This document shows, piece by piece, positions 10,766 through 21,761 of a stretch of 64,000 bases of DNA. The stretch's first letter is position 1; each line of letters opens with the position of its first letter. The DNA comes from an uncultured delta proteobacterium. Lineage in GTDB: Bacteria > Desulfobacterota > WTBG01 > CAIYCZ01. The position numbers were made by a program, and so were the translations under genes. The notes beneath the pieces are model-generated. The model was not told where the DNA came from, did not search any database, and worked only from the letters and a program-made list of their open reading frames with translations. The stretch is from assembly GCA_963803975.1 (NCBI GenBank), contig CAWDOY010000003.1:112446-176445 (forward strand). Direction: 5' to 3'.

Positions 10766-11303
10766 CGAAGACAGACATAGTATTAATTTTAATGTGAAGA
10801 CATTTTTTCATAACATATCCCCTTTCCAAAAATTGACTGTATACCACCAGAAGTGACAAACTTTTTACTCTCTCACCTCCTTTCTGCGACGAACTACACT
10901 TTATTACATCCCCTCCGGAGAGTCAAGTCAAGTTTTTAGTTGAATTTTCTGACCTGCTATGTAAATAGACCCTGTATGGCTTGCCCATTTCCTGTAAATC
11001 AATGGCATCCAGTTTCTTCTCACCTCCTGTATAACGTCTCCGCATCATCATGCCCATTTCCAATTAAAATTGCATCCAGTCTCTTCTTCCCCTGTGAAAT
11101 TATCCGTACCTCCGATCTGTCAGTTCTTCACGACCATACAACTGCTCAAATACTTTTCTTGACTCTTTTCTCTTACTGGTATTTAATTTACATTAGTGGC
11201 TCCTTTATTTTTTAGGGCGTCCGTGGATTATGCCACGGGGGGCCACTACCTCAAATTTCAAAAAAATGCAATATATCCACCCTCTTGATGAGAGGAGGCA
11301 TCT

Positions 11304-13232
11304 ATGGTCAATCAACTATTAGAACTGCAGGCAACATTATTGAGGTATCTGTATATCGCCATAAGCGTAATGTTCACAGTTATGGCTGTTCCACAGCAGG
11401 GTTATTCTCTTGAACCCCCCCGCACAGGCGAAATAGAACAGTATAAAAAAGACGGCTCATTTCCCGACCGCAAGTGGTTTGCAGAGTATCTGCAAAACAA
11501 TAAATTTCATCCTGACGTAATCAAGCGGAAAATTGCACGGATGAAGTCCTCTCAGCATGGCAGCCAGATTACCACAAAAACTCTGTTCCCCTATAAAACA
11601 GGGCTTCCGGCAGAGGGTTCGCCTAAAATAGTCGTGCTGTTAGTTGACTTTCCCAACTACCCGCATACCACTGACCCATCTGTGTTTGCAGAGAAACTAT
11701 TTGGCAACGGAGACCCGAGTGCAATACCATTTGACAGCCTGAAAAATTATTATCAGCGTTCTTCGTATGGCAAGCTCAACATACAGGGAACGGTACTGGG
11801 CTGGTACCGGGCACGTCACCGGCGGGGGTTCTATAGCCTTGGATATCAAACCCGTCACAGTATAAACGGCGTTAAAAACCTCATCAAAGAAGCTTTCAAT
11901 CATTATGCTGCTGAGCATGACTTTTCACAGTATGATAACAATGGAGATGGCAAAATCGATTATTTTTGTATTATCTGGACCGGACCTGACAGGGGCTGGA
12001 GTTCAATCTGGTGGGGCTGGTGCAACAATACCGGAAGCTTGTTTGAAAATGATCCCTTTACCGTAAGCGGAAAAGGCCTTAGCGTTTTTTCCTGGCAATG
12101 GGAAAAAAATGAAGGACAAAATCAGCCTGAATATACCCCCCAGACAATCATTCATGAAACAGGGCATGGTCTTGGGTTGCCGGACTACTATGATTATGAT
12201 GAAAAAAAGGGGCCCAGCGGCGGCGTGGGCGGACTTGATATAATGGATGGCAACGACTATGACCACAACTGCTTCAGCAAGTGGATGCTGGAATGGTTAA
12301 CGCCTTCGTGCCAGATCACCAGCGGTGCATATTCCGTATCCCTAAAGCCTACTGCTATAACTAAAGAGTGTGTGGCAATAATGCCCGGGACCGGCACCAT
12401 AGATCCTTTTTCAGAATTCTTCATGGTACAGAATCGCACTGCGGGAATAGAAAATGATTTTAGATTACCCAATAGCGGTTTATTCATCTGGCATATAGAT
12501 GCCCGGCTAAACCAGGACGGGACCAATTTTCAATTTGATAACAGTAACACTGAGCACAAGCTTCTTCGGCTCATGGAAGCTGACGGCAGAGAACACCTGG
12601 AAACTTTAGGCAGGGTAAAAGAGGCATATTTTGATCCGCTTGATTTTTATGTGCAGGGCACAGAACTCACGCCAAATTCAACGCCAAACAGCAGGGATTA
12701 TGCGGGAAACGACACGGGCATTATAGTGAGGAACATCGTGGCAGACCCGGCTACTCAAACAATGATGGCGGATTGTGCCATCGGTGAATATTCCTCTACC
12801 CAAACGACGATTCCAGACAACCCAACAACATCAATTCCCGGAAACATATCTACAACAACCATCATCCCGGGACAAACCACTTCAACAATAATTCCAGGAG
12901 ACACAACAACCACTATTCCTGGCGGCGAGACGACAACAACAATTCCAGATTTCATAACAACAACTACTGCAATTGATGTATTCACAACAACAATACCAGG
13001 GGGGGTAACTACAACAATAATATCATCAAATTGTCCTCCAGAGTATCCTATAGACTGTTATAACGGCTATTGCTGCCCTGCGGATTATCCATACTGCGGT
13101 ATGGGCTTTATATGGGCTTTTGCTTTACAGAACCGCCTGCTCAATGATTATTTAAACTCGCAGCAAGAGCTTTTATTCAAAACAAGGAGGGTATATGCAA
13201 AGAATAAGAACGTATATTTTACCAATTATTAG
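11304..13232 (+). CDS. M6-family (immune inhibitor A-like) zinc metalloprotease with Thr-rich linker and C-terminal Cys-rich module
   Basis: HETGHGLGLPDYYD HExxH motif; (TTTIPG)n linker; NCPPEYPIDCYNGYCCPADYPYCGMG near the C-terminus. Confidence 0.6.
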   Translation: MVNQLLELQATLLRYLYIAISVMFTVMAVPQQGYSLEPPRTGEIEQYKKDGSFPDRKWFAEYLQNNKFHPDVIKRKIARMKSSQHGSQITTKTLFPYKTGLPAEGSPKIVVLLVDFPNYPHTTDPSVFAEKLFGNGDPSAIPFDSLKNYYQRSSYGKLNIQGTVLGWYRARHRRGFYSLGYQTRHSINGVKNLIKEAFNHYAAEHDFSQYDNNGDGKIDYFCIIWTGPDRGWSSIWWGWCNNTGSLFENDPFTVSGKGLSVFSWQWEKNEGQNQPEYTPQTIIHETGHGLGLPDYYDYDEKKGPSGGVGGLDIMDGNDYDHNCFSKWMLEWLTPSCQITSGAYSVSLKPTAITKECVAIMPGTGTIDPFSEFFMVQNRTAGIENDFRLPNSGLFIWHIDARLNQDGTNFQFDNSNTEHKLLRLMEADGREHLETLGRVKEAYFDPLDFYVQGTELTPNSTPNSRDYAGNDTGIIVRNIVADPATQTMMADCAIGEYSSTQTTIPDNPTTSIPGNISTTTIIPGQTTSTIIPGDTTTTIPGGETTTTIPDFITTTTAIDVFTTTIPGGVTTTIISSNCPPEYPIDCYNGYCCPADYPYCGMGFIWAFALQNRLLNDYLNSQQELLFKTRRVYAKNKNVYFTNY

Positions 13233-15248
13233 TCTTAGTTTATTTTTCCTTAATGGATTATTAAACACTGCACATGGTGCTAACGGAATAAAAATATTTG
13301 CAAACGAGCAAAGCAGACAAAATATTCTACACCCATGCCTACCAGAAAGACGGCGCTTGGTTTTCAAACCTCTACGCCATGAATCCTGATGGGACAGAAC
13401 CAACGCAGGTCACCGATTTTTATCCTGCCAATGCATCAGAAGCAAGCATTTCAACTGATGGGCAAATATCTTATATTTCACGTCAAATTATCAATCTTAT
13501 AGAAGCTACAATTATGAAGACATTTTCCGGCTTGAATTCAACGGTCTTAAGCTGACCAGAATTACCGGCATGGAATATGTCTCTGCAAAAAAAACCGGTT
13601 CAGTTGCACAAAAAATAACTGATGACACAGACAGAAGAAATTTCACCAGAGCAGCTATGTAGCATCATTTCAGGGATCGACGACGTATTATAATGTGCAA
13701 AAACTGATTGATACGACAGGCACACTTGATGGCGTCCCTGCCACTAAGGTCTGGGTTAAGGTACTTAAGGATAAATTCATAGGATCGGTTGGTTTTGTTG
13801 ATGTGCCCGCGGGTAAAACAGCTGTTATCAATATGAAACTGAGCGATGGTAATTATCTGGCATACAGCCCCAGCTGTTCACAAGGATGGATCAAAATTTG
13901 CCGGCATTTATGCACATGCTTTTTATGATTGGACTATGATATTCAGAGACCTCAGTCCTAATATCGTACAGACCAATCTGACCACCTGGGATACCAGCGG
14001 CAAGATGATTGACCAGCAGCAGAACAGCGAGACGGGAGATGCCTATCCGCAGTACTCTCCGGATGGCAGCAAAATTGCCTATACCCGGGGTGGCGGAGGG
14101 AAGGAGTCGGTGGTTGTTGTTCCCAGTAATAGTCTCAATGCTGTCCCTACCGTTGTTGCAGAAGGAGGATTTGACACAGCAACGGTTAAAAGCTTTGGGT
14201 ACTCTAATCCAGCCTGGTCATTGGATGGCACAAAAATAGTTTGTACCTATACGGTTTCCTCATCCGCTTCGATAAATGGTAATTTAGTATTACTCAATAG
14301 CGATGGAACCGGAAATAAAATTCAACTCACCAATGTTCCTAAGAATGCTATACCGGTGCAGCCTGCTTTCAGCCCTGACGGCGAATGGGTTGCCTACGCA
14401 CTGGTTACTTCAAAGGGTTCAATATTACGTGATACTGATCTTATGACCCATAACTTTACTGCCAATATATTCAAGCAGTCCATATCCGGAGGAGAGCCCG
14501 TACAGCTTACTACTGACGATGCTGCCGGTGAGCCAAACTGGGGAACTATAGGCCAGGTTACACCACCTGGTGACAACAACGACAACAGTGCCGGGGAGGA
14601 GATGAATGCCCGGAAGACTGGCCAATACCCTGCGGTGGCGGTGATGGAGACTGCTGCTCCCCTGACTACCCCAGCTGCTGTTCCAAACAGAACCCCGTAT
14701 TGAAAAAAATGTGCTGCCCGGCTGATTTTCCCTATTGCGGCCGCCTGGGCAGGAAATGCTATAAGGATCCTCCCGGGATCTGCGCCTTGACAGTTGTAGC
14801 TAAGGGAGATCCTGATGTACTGAAAACACTATACCGGTTGCGGGATACTATTTTGCGTCATACTGATAAGGGCAAGCAATATAAGGCTCTTTATTACAAA
14901 CATTCTCCCGAGTTTATTAAAATCCTCAATGAAGATGCTGCACTGATGGAGCAGGCAGAAAATGTTCTCTACTGGATGCTGCCAGGCATTGAATCATTTA
15001 CTGCAAGCCGTAAAATCACTATGACGCAAGATATGCTCCAGGAGATGCTCAGGCTCTGTGAAAGCATCAGCAAAAAAGCCAGCCCTGATTTAAAGCAAAC
15101 AATAACACTAATAGAAAAAGACCTCAGGCAGGGACAGCTCTTTGATGACCTGGTCAAATTTGATCCTGCTGTGCTTCTGCAAAAGCAGCCTGAAAGCGTA
15201 GAGCCAAAATCCCGTTTCTTGAAGACTTTTACAAGCGCTTCACCTTAA
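13195..15248 (+). pseudogene. secreted TolB-like (PD40) beta-propeller protein fused to Cys-rich module and conserved C-terminal domain; at least 4 frameshifts
   Basis: Signal peptide MQRIRTYILPIISLSLFFLNGLLNTAHGA. PD40 repeats (YSPDGSKIAY, WSLDGTKIV, FSPDGEWVAY) lie across ORFs 13195/13298/13695/13846. ECPEDWPIPCGGGDGDCCSPDYPSCC...MCCPADFPYCG continues in a shifted frame into ORF 14700..15248. Confidence 0.5.
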
Positions 15249-15709
15249 AGAGAGCGTTGTAATAAGACACTCAACCGTTGCATCATATTGTGATGATGTG
15301 TTCCTTTCCAGTAAATCTTTCTGCAGCAGGGACATTGCGAAAAATCGTTTATTGTACTGAATACATAATCAGGGACATTTTCCGCAACCAAAGCTTTTTC
15401 AATTGCTGCGAGCAATTCGTTACATAAAAGGCAGCGGGTGAAAAAACGGGAGCTGTCAGCCTGCAGGCTGAAATGACTGATGACATCCTGTAATTGCTCG
15501 TACGGATAATTGCTTTGAATGAAGTAGCTTGATGCCTGCTGCTCTGAAAGCAGTTGGCCGGTTCTGCGCGTCAACACTGTGCGCTGTTCTGCTGCAGCTG
15601 CCGCGATAATCTGTGACAGGGAGAGGGAACTCGAGTAGCTGGCATCCATCCCCACTATGCGCAAATATTTTGCCAGTTTGCCCAGCATGATATCACAGAT
15701 AAATTTCAT
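15245..15709 (-). CDS. Mut7-C RNase domain (DUF82) protein
   Basis: MKFICDIMLGKLAKYLRIVGMD N-terminus and C-terminal CPCCRKIYWKGTHH. Confidence 0.55.
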   Translation of the reverse strand: MKFICDIMLGKLAKYLRIVGMDASYSSSLSLSQIIAAAAAEQRTVLTRRTGQLLSEQQASSYFIQSNYPYEQLQDVISHFSLQADSSRFFTRCLLCNELLAAIEKALVAENVPDYVFSTINDFSQCPCCRKIYWKGTHHHNMMQRLSVLLQRSL

Positions 15710-15716
15710 ACAGAAA

Positions 15717-16604
15717 TCAGCGAAGATGAAGGTCTGCTGATAATTGTGTCACCACAGCAGCGAGCTTTTCAAATTCAAGCAGCGAAAGTGTTTCTCCCCG
15801 TCTTGAACAGTCAATCCCTTCCTTATGTAAACGGGCTTTTAAAACTGCCGCATCTATTTCCCTGCCTGAACAATAGGCTTTTAAGCAGTTAGACAATGTC
15901 TTCCGCCTGTGGGCTAGCGATGCAGTCACAATCTCTCTATACATATCCTCACCGGGCGTGTCCCAGGCCCGACCCGGCACCGGCTCCATGCGCAACACCG
16001 TTGAATCTATTTTCGGCTTAGGGAAAAAACATGAGGCGGGAACATCAAAGAGACGTGTTATGTTAAAATACCGCTGCGTTTGGATAGAAAGCACTCCGTA
16101 GTTCTTATTCCCGGGTTCAGCAATGAGGCGCTCTCCGGCTTCCTTCTGCACCATGAAGATGCCGCGCTTCATGAGACAGGATATTTCAGCAAACCGGGTA
16201 AAAAGTGACGTAGTAATTGCATAGGGAATATTACCGACCAGGACGGCCCTGGCAGGTGCCTGAATAAAATCTGCTAACGAAATATTGAGGATATTATCGT
16301 TGATAATGGTTATTGAAGCTCCAGCAGGACAAAACCGCTGCAGGATGTCTGTGAGCAAAGGATCAATTTCAATGGCAATAACCTGCTTTGCTTTCTCTGC
16401 CAGAAAAGTGGTGAGTGCTCCAAGGCCGGCGCCGATTTCAATAACCACATCAACGGGAGAGAGATCACTTGAGGTAATAATTTTATGGGCAAGGTGCTGA
16501 TCGATGAGGAAGTTTTGGCCAAGGGCTTTGCTGGGTTTTATATGCAGACTTTTGATAATACTAATCGAAGGGAACACCATAGCGGAGGATACCCTGTTTA
16601 ACAA
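15717..16604 (-). CDS. rsmA: 16S rRNA (adenine1518/1519-N6)-dimethyltransferase
   Basis: LGQNFLID and VIEIGAGLGALT SAM motif. Confidence 0.85.
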   Translation of the reverse strand: MLNRVSSAMVFPSISIIKSLHIKPSKALGQNFLIDQHLAHKIITSSDLSPVDVVIEIGAGLGALTTFLAEKAKQVIAIEIDPLLTDILQRFCPAGASITIINDNILNISLADFIQAPARAVLVGNIPYAITTSLFTRFAEISCLMKRGIFMVQKEAGERLIAEPGNKNYGVLSIQTQRYFNITRLFDVPASCFFPKPKIDSTVLRMEPVPGRAWDTPGEDMYREIVTASLAHRRKTLSNCLKAYCSGREIDAAVLKARLHKEGIDCSRRGETLSLLEFEKLAAVVTQLSADLHLR

Positions 16605-16640
16605 GACCAGCGATATGCCGCGATATTAAGGCTCATAAAA

Positions 16641-17147
16641 CTATTTGGCCGGAGCAATGCCAGCAAAACAGGGAAGGAGCCGGTCATAGGTATCTTCAAG
16701 ATACTCTGACATCACCTGGGTTTGAGCAATCACGGGCATAAAATTGGCATCGCCATTCCAGCGGGCGACAATATGGAAATGCAGATGATTCTCTTCACCG
16801 GCACCAGCCGCCTTCCCCAGGTTTGCCCCGACATTGTAGCCATGGGGCTTGAAGGCCTGTTCCAGAGCACTGATGGATAGTTGGACCTGTTCGAAAAAAT
16901 CAAGAAGTTCCTCTTTTGCAAGCTCCCGCAAATCTTTAAGATGGCGTTTCGGCACTACCAGCAAATGCCCCGGTGCATAAGGGTATTTATTCATGATGAT
17001 CATTGCATAGGTGCTTTCGTTCAGAATCAGGTGCTTCTTTTTGTAGCCTTTTGTTTTTTTAATACAGAATATGCAGGACTCAGATTTCTTGCCCAGTATA
17101 TATTTGATTCGCCAGGGTGCCCAGAGCGTTTTCACAGCAGACCTCAA
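16641..17147 (-). CDS. HIT-family (histidine triad) hydrolase
   Basis: LWAPWRIKYI N-terminus, NKYPYAPGHLLVVP, HLHFHIV triad. Confidence 0.8.
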   Translation of the reverse strand: MRSAVKTLWAPWRIKYILGKKSESCIFCIKKTKGYKKKHLILNESTYAMIIMNKYPYAPGHLLVVPKRHLKDLRELAKEELLDFFEQVQLSISALEQAFKPHGYNVGANLGKAAGAGEENHLHFHIVARWNGDANFMPVIAQTQVMSEYLEDTYDRLLPCFAGIAPAK

Positions 17148-17274
17148 AATAATGTTGGGTTACAGGGTGGAAAAAAGGGTTCAAGGTTTCCAGGGTTCAA
17201 GGGTAATGATGTTATCTTTTTGCCATCGAACTCTTGGCGACACTCAGCCTTTAGACCCTTTGCCTTCTTTAGTT

Positions 17275-18000
17275 TTATAATGCCACCAGATTAATATTGC
17301 CCCACACGCCCATATGCTCATCCTTGATGATGAGTATCCCGGCAACAGCTTCAATCTGTTTTCCGCTGTCAATGGCTTTCTGTATGTCTGAGGCAGCATT
17401 AACCAGATTGCCAATTGCTGTGGCTGCAGCATCTGCAAGAGACGCTGATGAAGAGACAATGGTTACCGCATCAGCAGTACCAAGGCTCAGGGACGGGCCA
17501 ACCGTTCCAGAGGAAGTACAGACTCCCCAGGCGCTGTTTGGCTGACTTATTTTTATGCCAATCCGGTTGCTCAGCGGAGATGCGCCGGCATATATACTGA
17601 GCGTGACGTCGCGGTTGACTTTTAGAAAGATGTCGCCGCCATTTTCCACTATTACCTCATCGCAGGATTTGAGAATCTCCCGGCCGGTATATTCGGCTAC
17701 AGCGCCGGCCACCGCGGCCATGGGTCCTACACCTGCTGCAGCGGAAGCCCGCAGCAGTGCCTGCACAATATCAGGAGCATATGCATCTTCAGGGAGCGGT
17801 ACCAGACTGATCAGGAACTCAGGATGTTTTTCTATATACTGTTCAAGTTTAAAGCGCACATCTAAAACAGCCTCGCGCGCTATTGCCTCAGCATTGTGAG
17901 ATGCGGCAATAAAAAGGTCAGTTTCCTTTATCACTACTGAACAATGAATCAGGCCGTCGGTCTTCAGACTGTCCCGGTATGTTCTTGGCTGATAGGGCAT
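17275..18000 (-). CDS. UPF0280/ApbE-like family protein
   Basis: 241 aa, Ala/Gly-rich; overall similarity pattern only. Confidence 0.35.
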   Translation of the reverse strand: MPYQPRTYRDSLKTDGLIHCSVVIKETDLFIAASHNAEAIAREAVLDVRFKLEQYIEKHPEFLISLVPLPEDAYAPDIVQALLRASAAAGVGPMAAVAGAVAEYTGREILKSCDEVIVENGGDIFLKVNRDVTLSIYAGASPLSNRIGIKISQPNSAWGVCTSSGTVGPSLSLGTADAVTIVSSSASLADAAATAIGNLVNAASDIQKAIDSGKQIEAVAGILIIKDEHMGVWGNINLVAL

Positions 18001-18060
18001 GGTACTACTACTTAAGGATAGTGCTATTGAATAATTTCACTGACCCTGCCACCAATAGTA

Positions 18061-21000
18061 TCAGTTATAGGTAATGCAGTTTTTTCCGACAAGTGCTTCT
18101 ATTTCGCTGACTAACAGTTCTGAAGGGTTTATGTAATAGTCTTTACCGAGGCTGATAACTGTTTCACTGGTGTCGGGAATAATAACATGGATATACACCC
18201 GGGATTTACCGGCATTATTCTGTAAAATATTTTTTATTCTGGTTATTTCATTAATGGTCAGGCGGTCAATATAGCACTTGATGTGGGTGTCAGGATGCAG
18301 TCGTTCACTGGCCTGCTCAAGCGATATGATTTCATTTACCACGATATTACGTTTTGTTTCACCCTCGATGGTAAGCCGGCCTTTAACCAGCAGCGGTTTA
18401 TCGCTTTTTAAAAGAGTGGTATTCTGCTTATACAGATCCGGGAAAACAGTCAGCTCTATAGAACCGGAAAGGTCTTCAAGAGTGACAAAAGCCATAATGT
18501 CGCCTTTTTTAGTTTTATATTCTTTTAAGCTCTGTACGACCCCCCCTATGGTCACATCAGCGTCTTCCTCTGCTGCCTGCGCCTCAAGGGTGTCTATGGT
18601 AGTAAACTTTTTAAGAACACCAAAAACCTTGTTGAGCGGATGACCGGTCAAATAAAATCCGAGGCATTCTTTTTCGTATATGAGCTTTTCATGTTCGTTC
18701 AATTCCGGAATGTCCGGATAGCGAATGGCATCTATATCTTCGCTTCTGCCGTTCTCTTTCAAGGCGGTAAAAATGCTCAGCTGGCTGTTTTCACTTTCTT
18801 TCTGCAGCGCCTGTGCTTTGTCAGCCACTTCCTCCATGATTGCCAGCAGCTGTGAGCGCTTGATCTGCAGGGAGTCAAAGGCGCCGCATTTGATGAGGCT
18901 TTCCAGGACTTTTTTATTTACCTTGCGAAGATCGACACGCGTGCAGAAGTCAAGCAGAGAGATAAAAGGTCCTGACTCAGAGCGAATCTTCACGATGGAA
19001 TCAATGGCATTGACACCGACATTTTTTACTGCTGCCAAACCAAAGCGAATTTTATTGCCGTCTACCGAAAAGTCGCTGGTGCTGGCATTAATATCAGGCG
19101 GGAGGACCTCAATAGCGTGTTCCCTGCACTCAAATATATGCCGCACTACTTTATCCGTATTATCCATCTCACAGCTGAGTAGTGCTGCCATGAATTCAAC
19201 AGGATAGTGGGCCTTAAGATATGCGGTTTGGTAGGCAATAACCGCATACGCAGCACTATGTGATTTATTGAAACCGTATTCAGCAAATTTTAACATGAGC
19301 TCAAATATTTTCTGGGCTTTTGGCTGGGAAATCTTGTTCTTCTTTGCGCCCTCCAAAAACTTTTCCTGCTGCTTCTGCATTTCCGAAGACTTTTTCTTGC
19401 CCATGGCCCGCCGCAGGATGTCCGCATCGCTCAGGGAAAAGTTTGCCAGGGCGCTTGCTATTTTCATGACCTGTTCCTGATACAGAATCACGCCATGGGT
19501 ATCTCCCAGGATCTCCTTCAATTGCGGCAGGTCAGAGGTGGCACCGCCTTTCCCATGCTTTCCCTTGATAAAATCGTCAACCATACCGCTGCCCAGAGGG
19601 CCTGGACGATACAGGGCAAGAAGCGCGATAATCTCATCAAATGTTTCAGGGCGCAGCCGTCTGATGAGGTCTTTCATACCCGAGCTTTCAAGCTGGAAGA
19701 TGCCTTCAGTATCTCCGGAACAGAGCAGCTCATAGGTTCTGGCATCATCGAGGGGCAGATTATTAATATCAAAAAGAGCATCAGGATGGCTGAAATGAAT
19801 TAAATGTATCGCTTCCTGAATGACGGTAAGGGTTCTCAATCCAAGAAAATCAAATTTTATCAGGCCAATTTTACCAACCTCATTCATGGCAAACTGGGTA
19901 ATCACTTCGCCTTTTTGCCCGCGATAGAGGGGGAGATAGTTGACCAGCGGTGCATCTGATATAACCACTCCTGCTGCATGGGTTGAAGCGTGCCGGGGCA
20001 GGCCTTCAAGCGCACGGGAAAGTTTGATGAGCGTTGCCACCTGCGGGTCTTTATCCATGAGCTCTTTTAATTTCGGCTCCTGGACGGTGGCTTGATCAAT
20101 GGTTATATTCAGAACGTTGGGCACCAGTTTTGCAATTTTGTCCACTTCCTTATAGGGCATGTCAAGGGCACGGCCCACATCGCGGAGAACAGCTTTGGCC
20201 TGCATTTTACCGAACGTAATAATTTGTGCGACATTGTCTTTGCCATATTTGTTAGTGACATACTCAATGACGCTGTCCCGGCCATCCATGCAGAAGTCGA
20301 TATCTATATCAGGCGGGCTGATTCGTTCAGGATTTAAAAAGCGCTCAAACAGCAGGCCATAGGGGATAGGATCAAGCTCGGTTATTTTTAATGCATATGC
20401 CACCAGGCTTCCAGCAGCAGAGCCTCTGCCCGGTCCGACGGGAATGTCATGCTGCTTGGCGTAGTTGACGAAGTCGGCAACGATGAGGAAGTATGAGACA
20501 AAGCCGGTCTTTTTTATCATCCGCATCTCTTCGTCGAGCCGCAGATGGTACGGGGCTGCCAGCTTATCAAAGCCCTGCGGATTCTGTTTCTGTAAAACAA
20601 CAAGCCGTTCCGCAAGACCTTCGCGGGCTGCTTTTTCGAAATGCTCCTCAATTGTGGTGTCGGGGGGCGGGGTAAAGGGAGGAAACTTGTACTCATTGAA
20701 GACAATATCAAGATTGCATTCTTCGGCAATGGCAATGGTATTCCTGAGAGCTTCGGGCGCATAGGAAAACGCCCGCTCCATCTCTTCCGGGGACTTAAAG
20801 TAAAACTGATCGGTTGAAAAGCGCATGCGGTCTGCTGAATTTATGGTTTTGCCGGTTTGAATGCAGAGGAGTATTTCATGCGCCCTGGCATCATCGGGAT
20901 TGAGATAATGGCAGTCATTTGTTGCTACCACAGGGAGAGAGAGCTTGCGGGAAACTTCCAAAAGTCCCTGATTAACTTTCTTCTGATCTTCGATGTTATT

Positions 21001-21540
21001 TTCCTGCAGTTCCAGATAGAAACGGCCATCACTGAAGATGCTGCGATATTCATCGGCAACAACGAGGGCCCGGTCCATGTCTCCTGCGAGCAGCGCGTGG
21101 GGAATCTCTCCGTGAAGGCAGCTGCTCAAGGCGATGAGCCCGTCATGGTTTTTGCTTAAAAGATCTTTGTCAACCCGGGGACGGTAATAGAACCCTTCAA
21201 AGTAAGCAGCGGTTATGAGCTTGAAGAGGTTCTGGTAGCCGGTTTTATTTTTTGCCAGCAGCACCAGGTGATGGGAGGCGTCTTTAGCGCCATGTGCCTC
21301 CTTATTAAACCTGCTGCCCGGCGCAACATATATCTCGCATCCTATAATCGGTTTAATGCCATGCTGGATGGCATGTTCATAGAACTCGATAGCACCAAAC
21401 ATATTGCCATGGTCTGTTATGGCCAGGGCAGGCATGCGAAATTCTTTTGCTCTCTTAAACAGATCATCCAGGCGCATTGCGCCGTCTAAGAGGCTGTACT
21501 GCGTGTGAACATGGAGATGAACAAATTCAGCGTGCTTCAT
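18061..21540 (-). CDS. dnaE: DNA polymerase III alpha subunit
   Basis: PHP-domain start FVHLHVHTQYSLLDGA; intact at 1159 aa. Confidence 0.95.
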   Translation of the reverse strand: MKHAEFVHLHVHTQYSLLDGAMRLDDLFKRAKEFRMPALAITDHGNMFGAIEFYEHAIQHGIKPIIGCEIYVAPGSRFNKEAHGAKDASHHLVLLAKNKTGYQNLFKLITAAYFEGFYYRPRVDKDLLSKNHDGLIALSSCLHGEIPHALLAGDMDRALVVADEYRSIFSDGRFYLELQENNIEDQKKVNQGLLEVSRKLSLPVVATNDCHYLNPDDARAHEILLCIQTGKTINSADRMRFSTDQFYFKSPEEMERAFSYAPEALRNTIAIAEECNLDIVFNEYKFPPFTPPPDTTIEEHFEKAAREGLAERLVVLQKQNPQGFDKLAAPYHLRLDEEMRMIKKTGFVSYFLIVADFVNYAKQHDIPVGPGRGSAAGSLVAYALKITELDPIPYGLLFERFLNPERISPPDIDIDFCMDGRDSVIEYVTNKYGKDNVAQIITFGKMQAKAVLRDVGRALDMPYKEVDKIAKLVPNVLNITIDQATVQEPKLKELMDKDPQVATLIKLSRALEGLPRHASTHAAGVVISDAPLVNYLPLYRGQKGEVITQFAMNEVGKIGLIKFDFLGLRTLTVIQEAIHLIHFSHPDALFDINNLPLDDARTYELLCSGDTEGIFQLESSGMKDLIRRLRPETFDEIIALLALYRPGPLGSGMVDDFIKGKHGKGGATSDLPQLKEILGDTHGVILYQEQVMKIASALANFSLSDADILRRAMGKKKSSEMQKQQEKFLEGAKKNKISQPKAQKIFELMLKFAEYGFNKSHSAAYAVIAYQTAYLKAHYPVEFMAALLSCEMDNTDKVVRHIFECREHAIEVLPPDINASTSDFSVDGNKIRFGLAAVKNVGVNAIDSIVKIRSESGPFISLLDFCTRVDLRKVNKKVLESLIKCGAFDSLQIKRSQLLAIMEEVADKAQALQKESENSQLSIFTALKENGRSEDIDAIRYPDIPELNEHEKLIYEKECLGFYLTGHPLNKVFGVLKKFTTIDTLEAQAAEEDADVTIGGVVQSLKEYKTKKGDIMAFVTLEDLSGSIELTVFPDLYKQNTTLLKSDKPLLVKGRLTIEGETKRNIVVNEIISLEQASERLHPDTHIKCYIDRLTINEITRIKNILQNNAGKSRVYIHVIIPDTSETVISLGKDYYINPSELLVSEIEALVGKNCITYN

Positions 21541-21761
21541 GATTTTTTACAGGATGTTTTTATTGCTCCAATGGTGCGGCATTGGGGGAGAACTATCTGC
21601 TATCAAGTGCATATGTTTTTATCATAAGCAACGTCAATTATCCATCTTAAAGTTGTCTATTTACCCCTTGACTCACCTGAGGCTTTTACATATACTCTAA
21701 TCACTGAGTTCTTGATCCCGTGCGGGGAAGAAGGATTGCCAGAAAGAATGGATAGTAAAGA

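Noticed and set aside
12755-12985. Val-rich 76-aa ORF on the minus strand
   Set aside because: It is antisense to the Thr-rich (ACN-codon) linker of the M6 protease gene, a typical mirror-ORF artefact.
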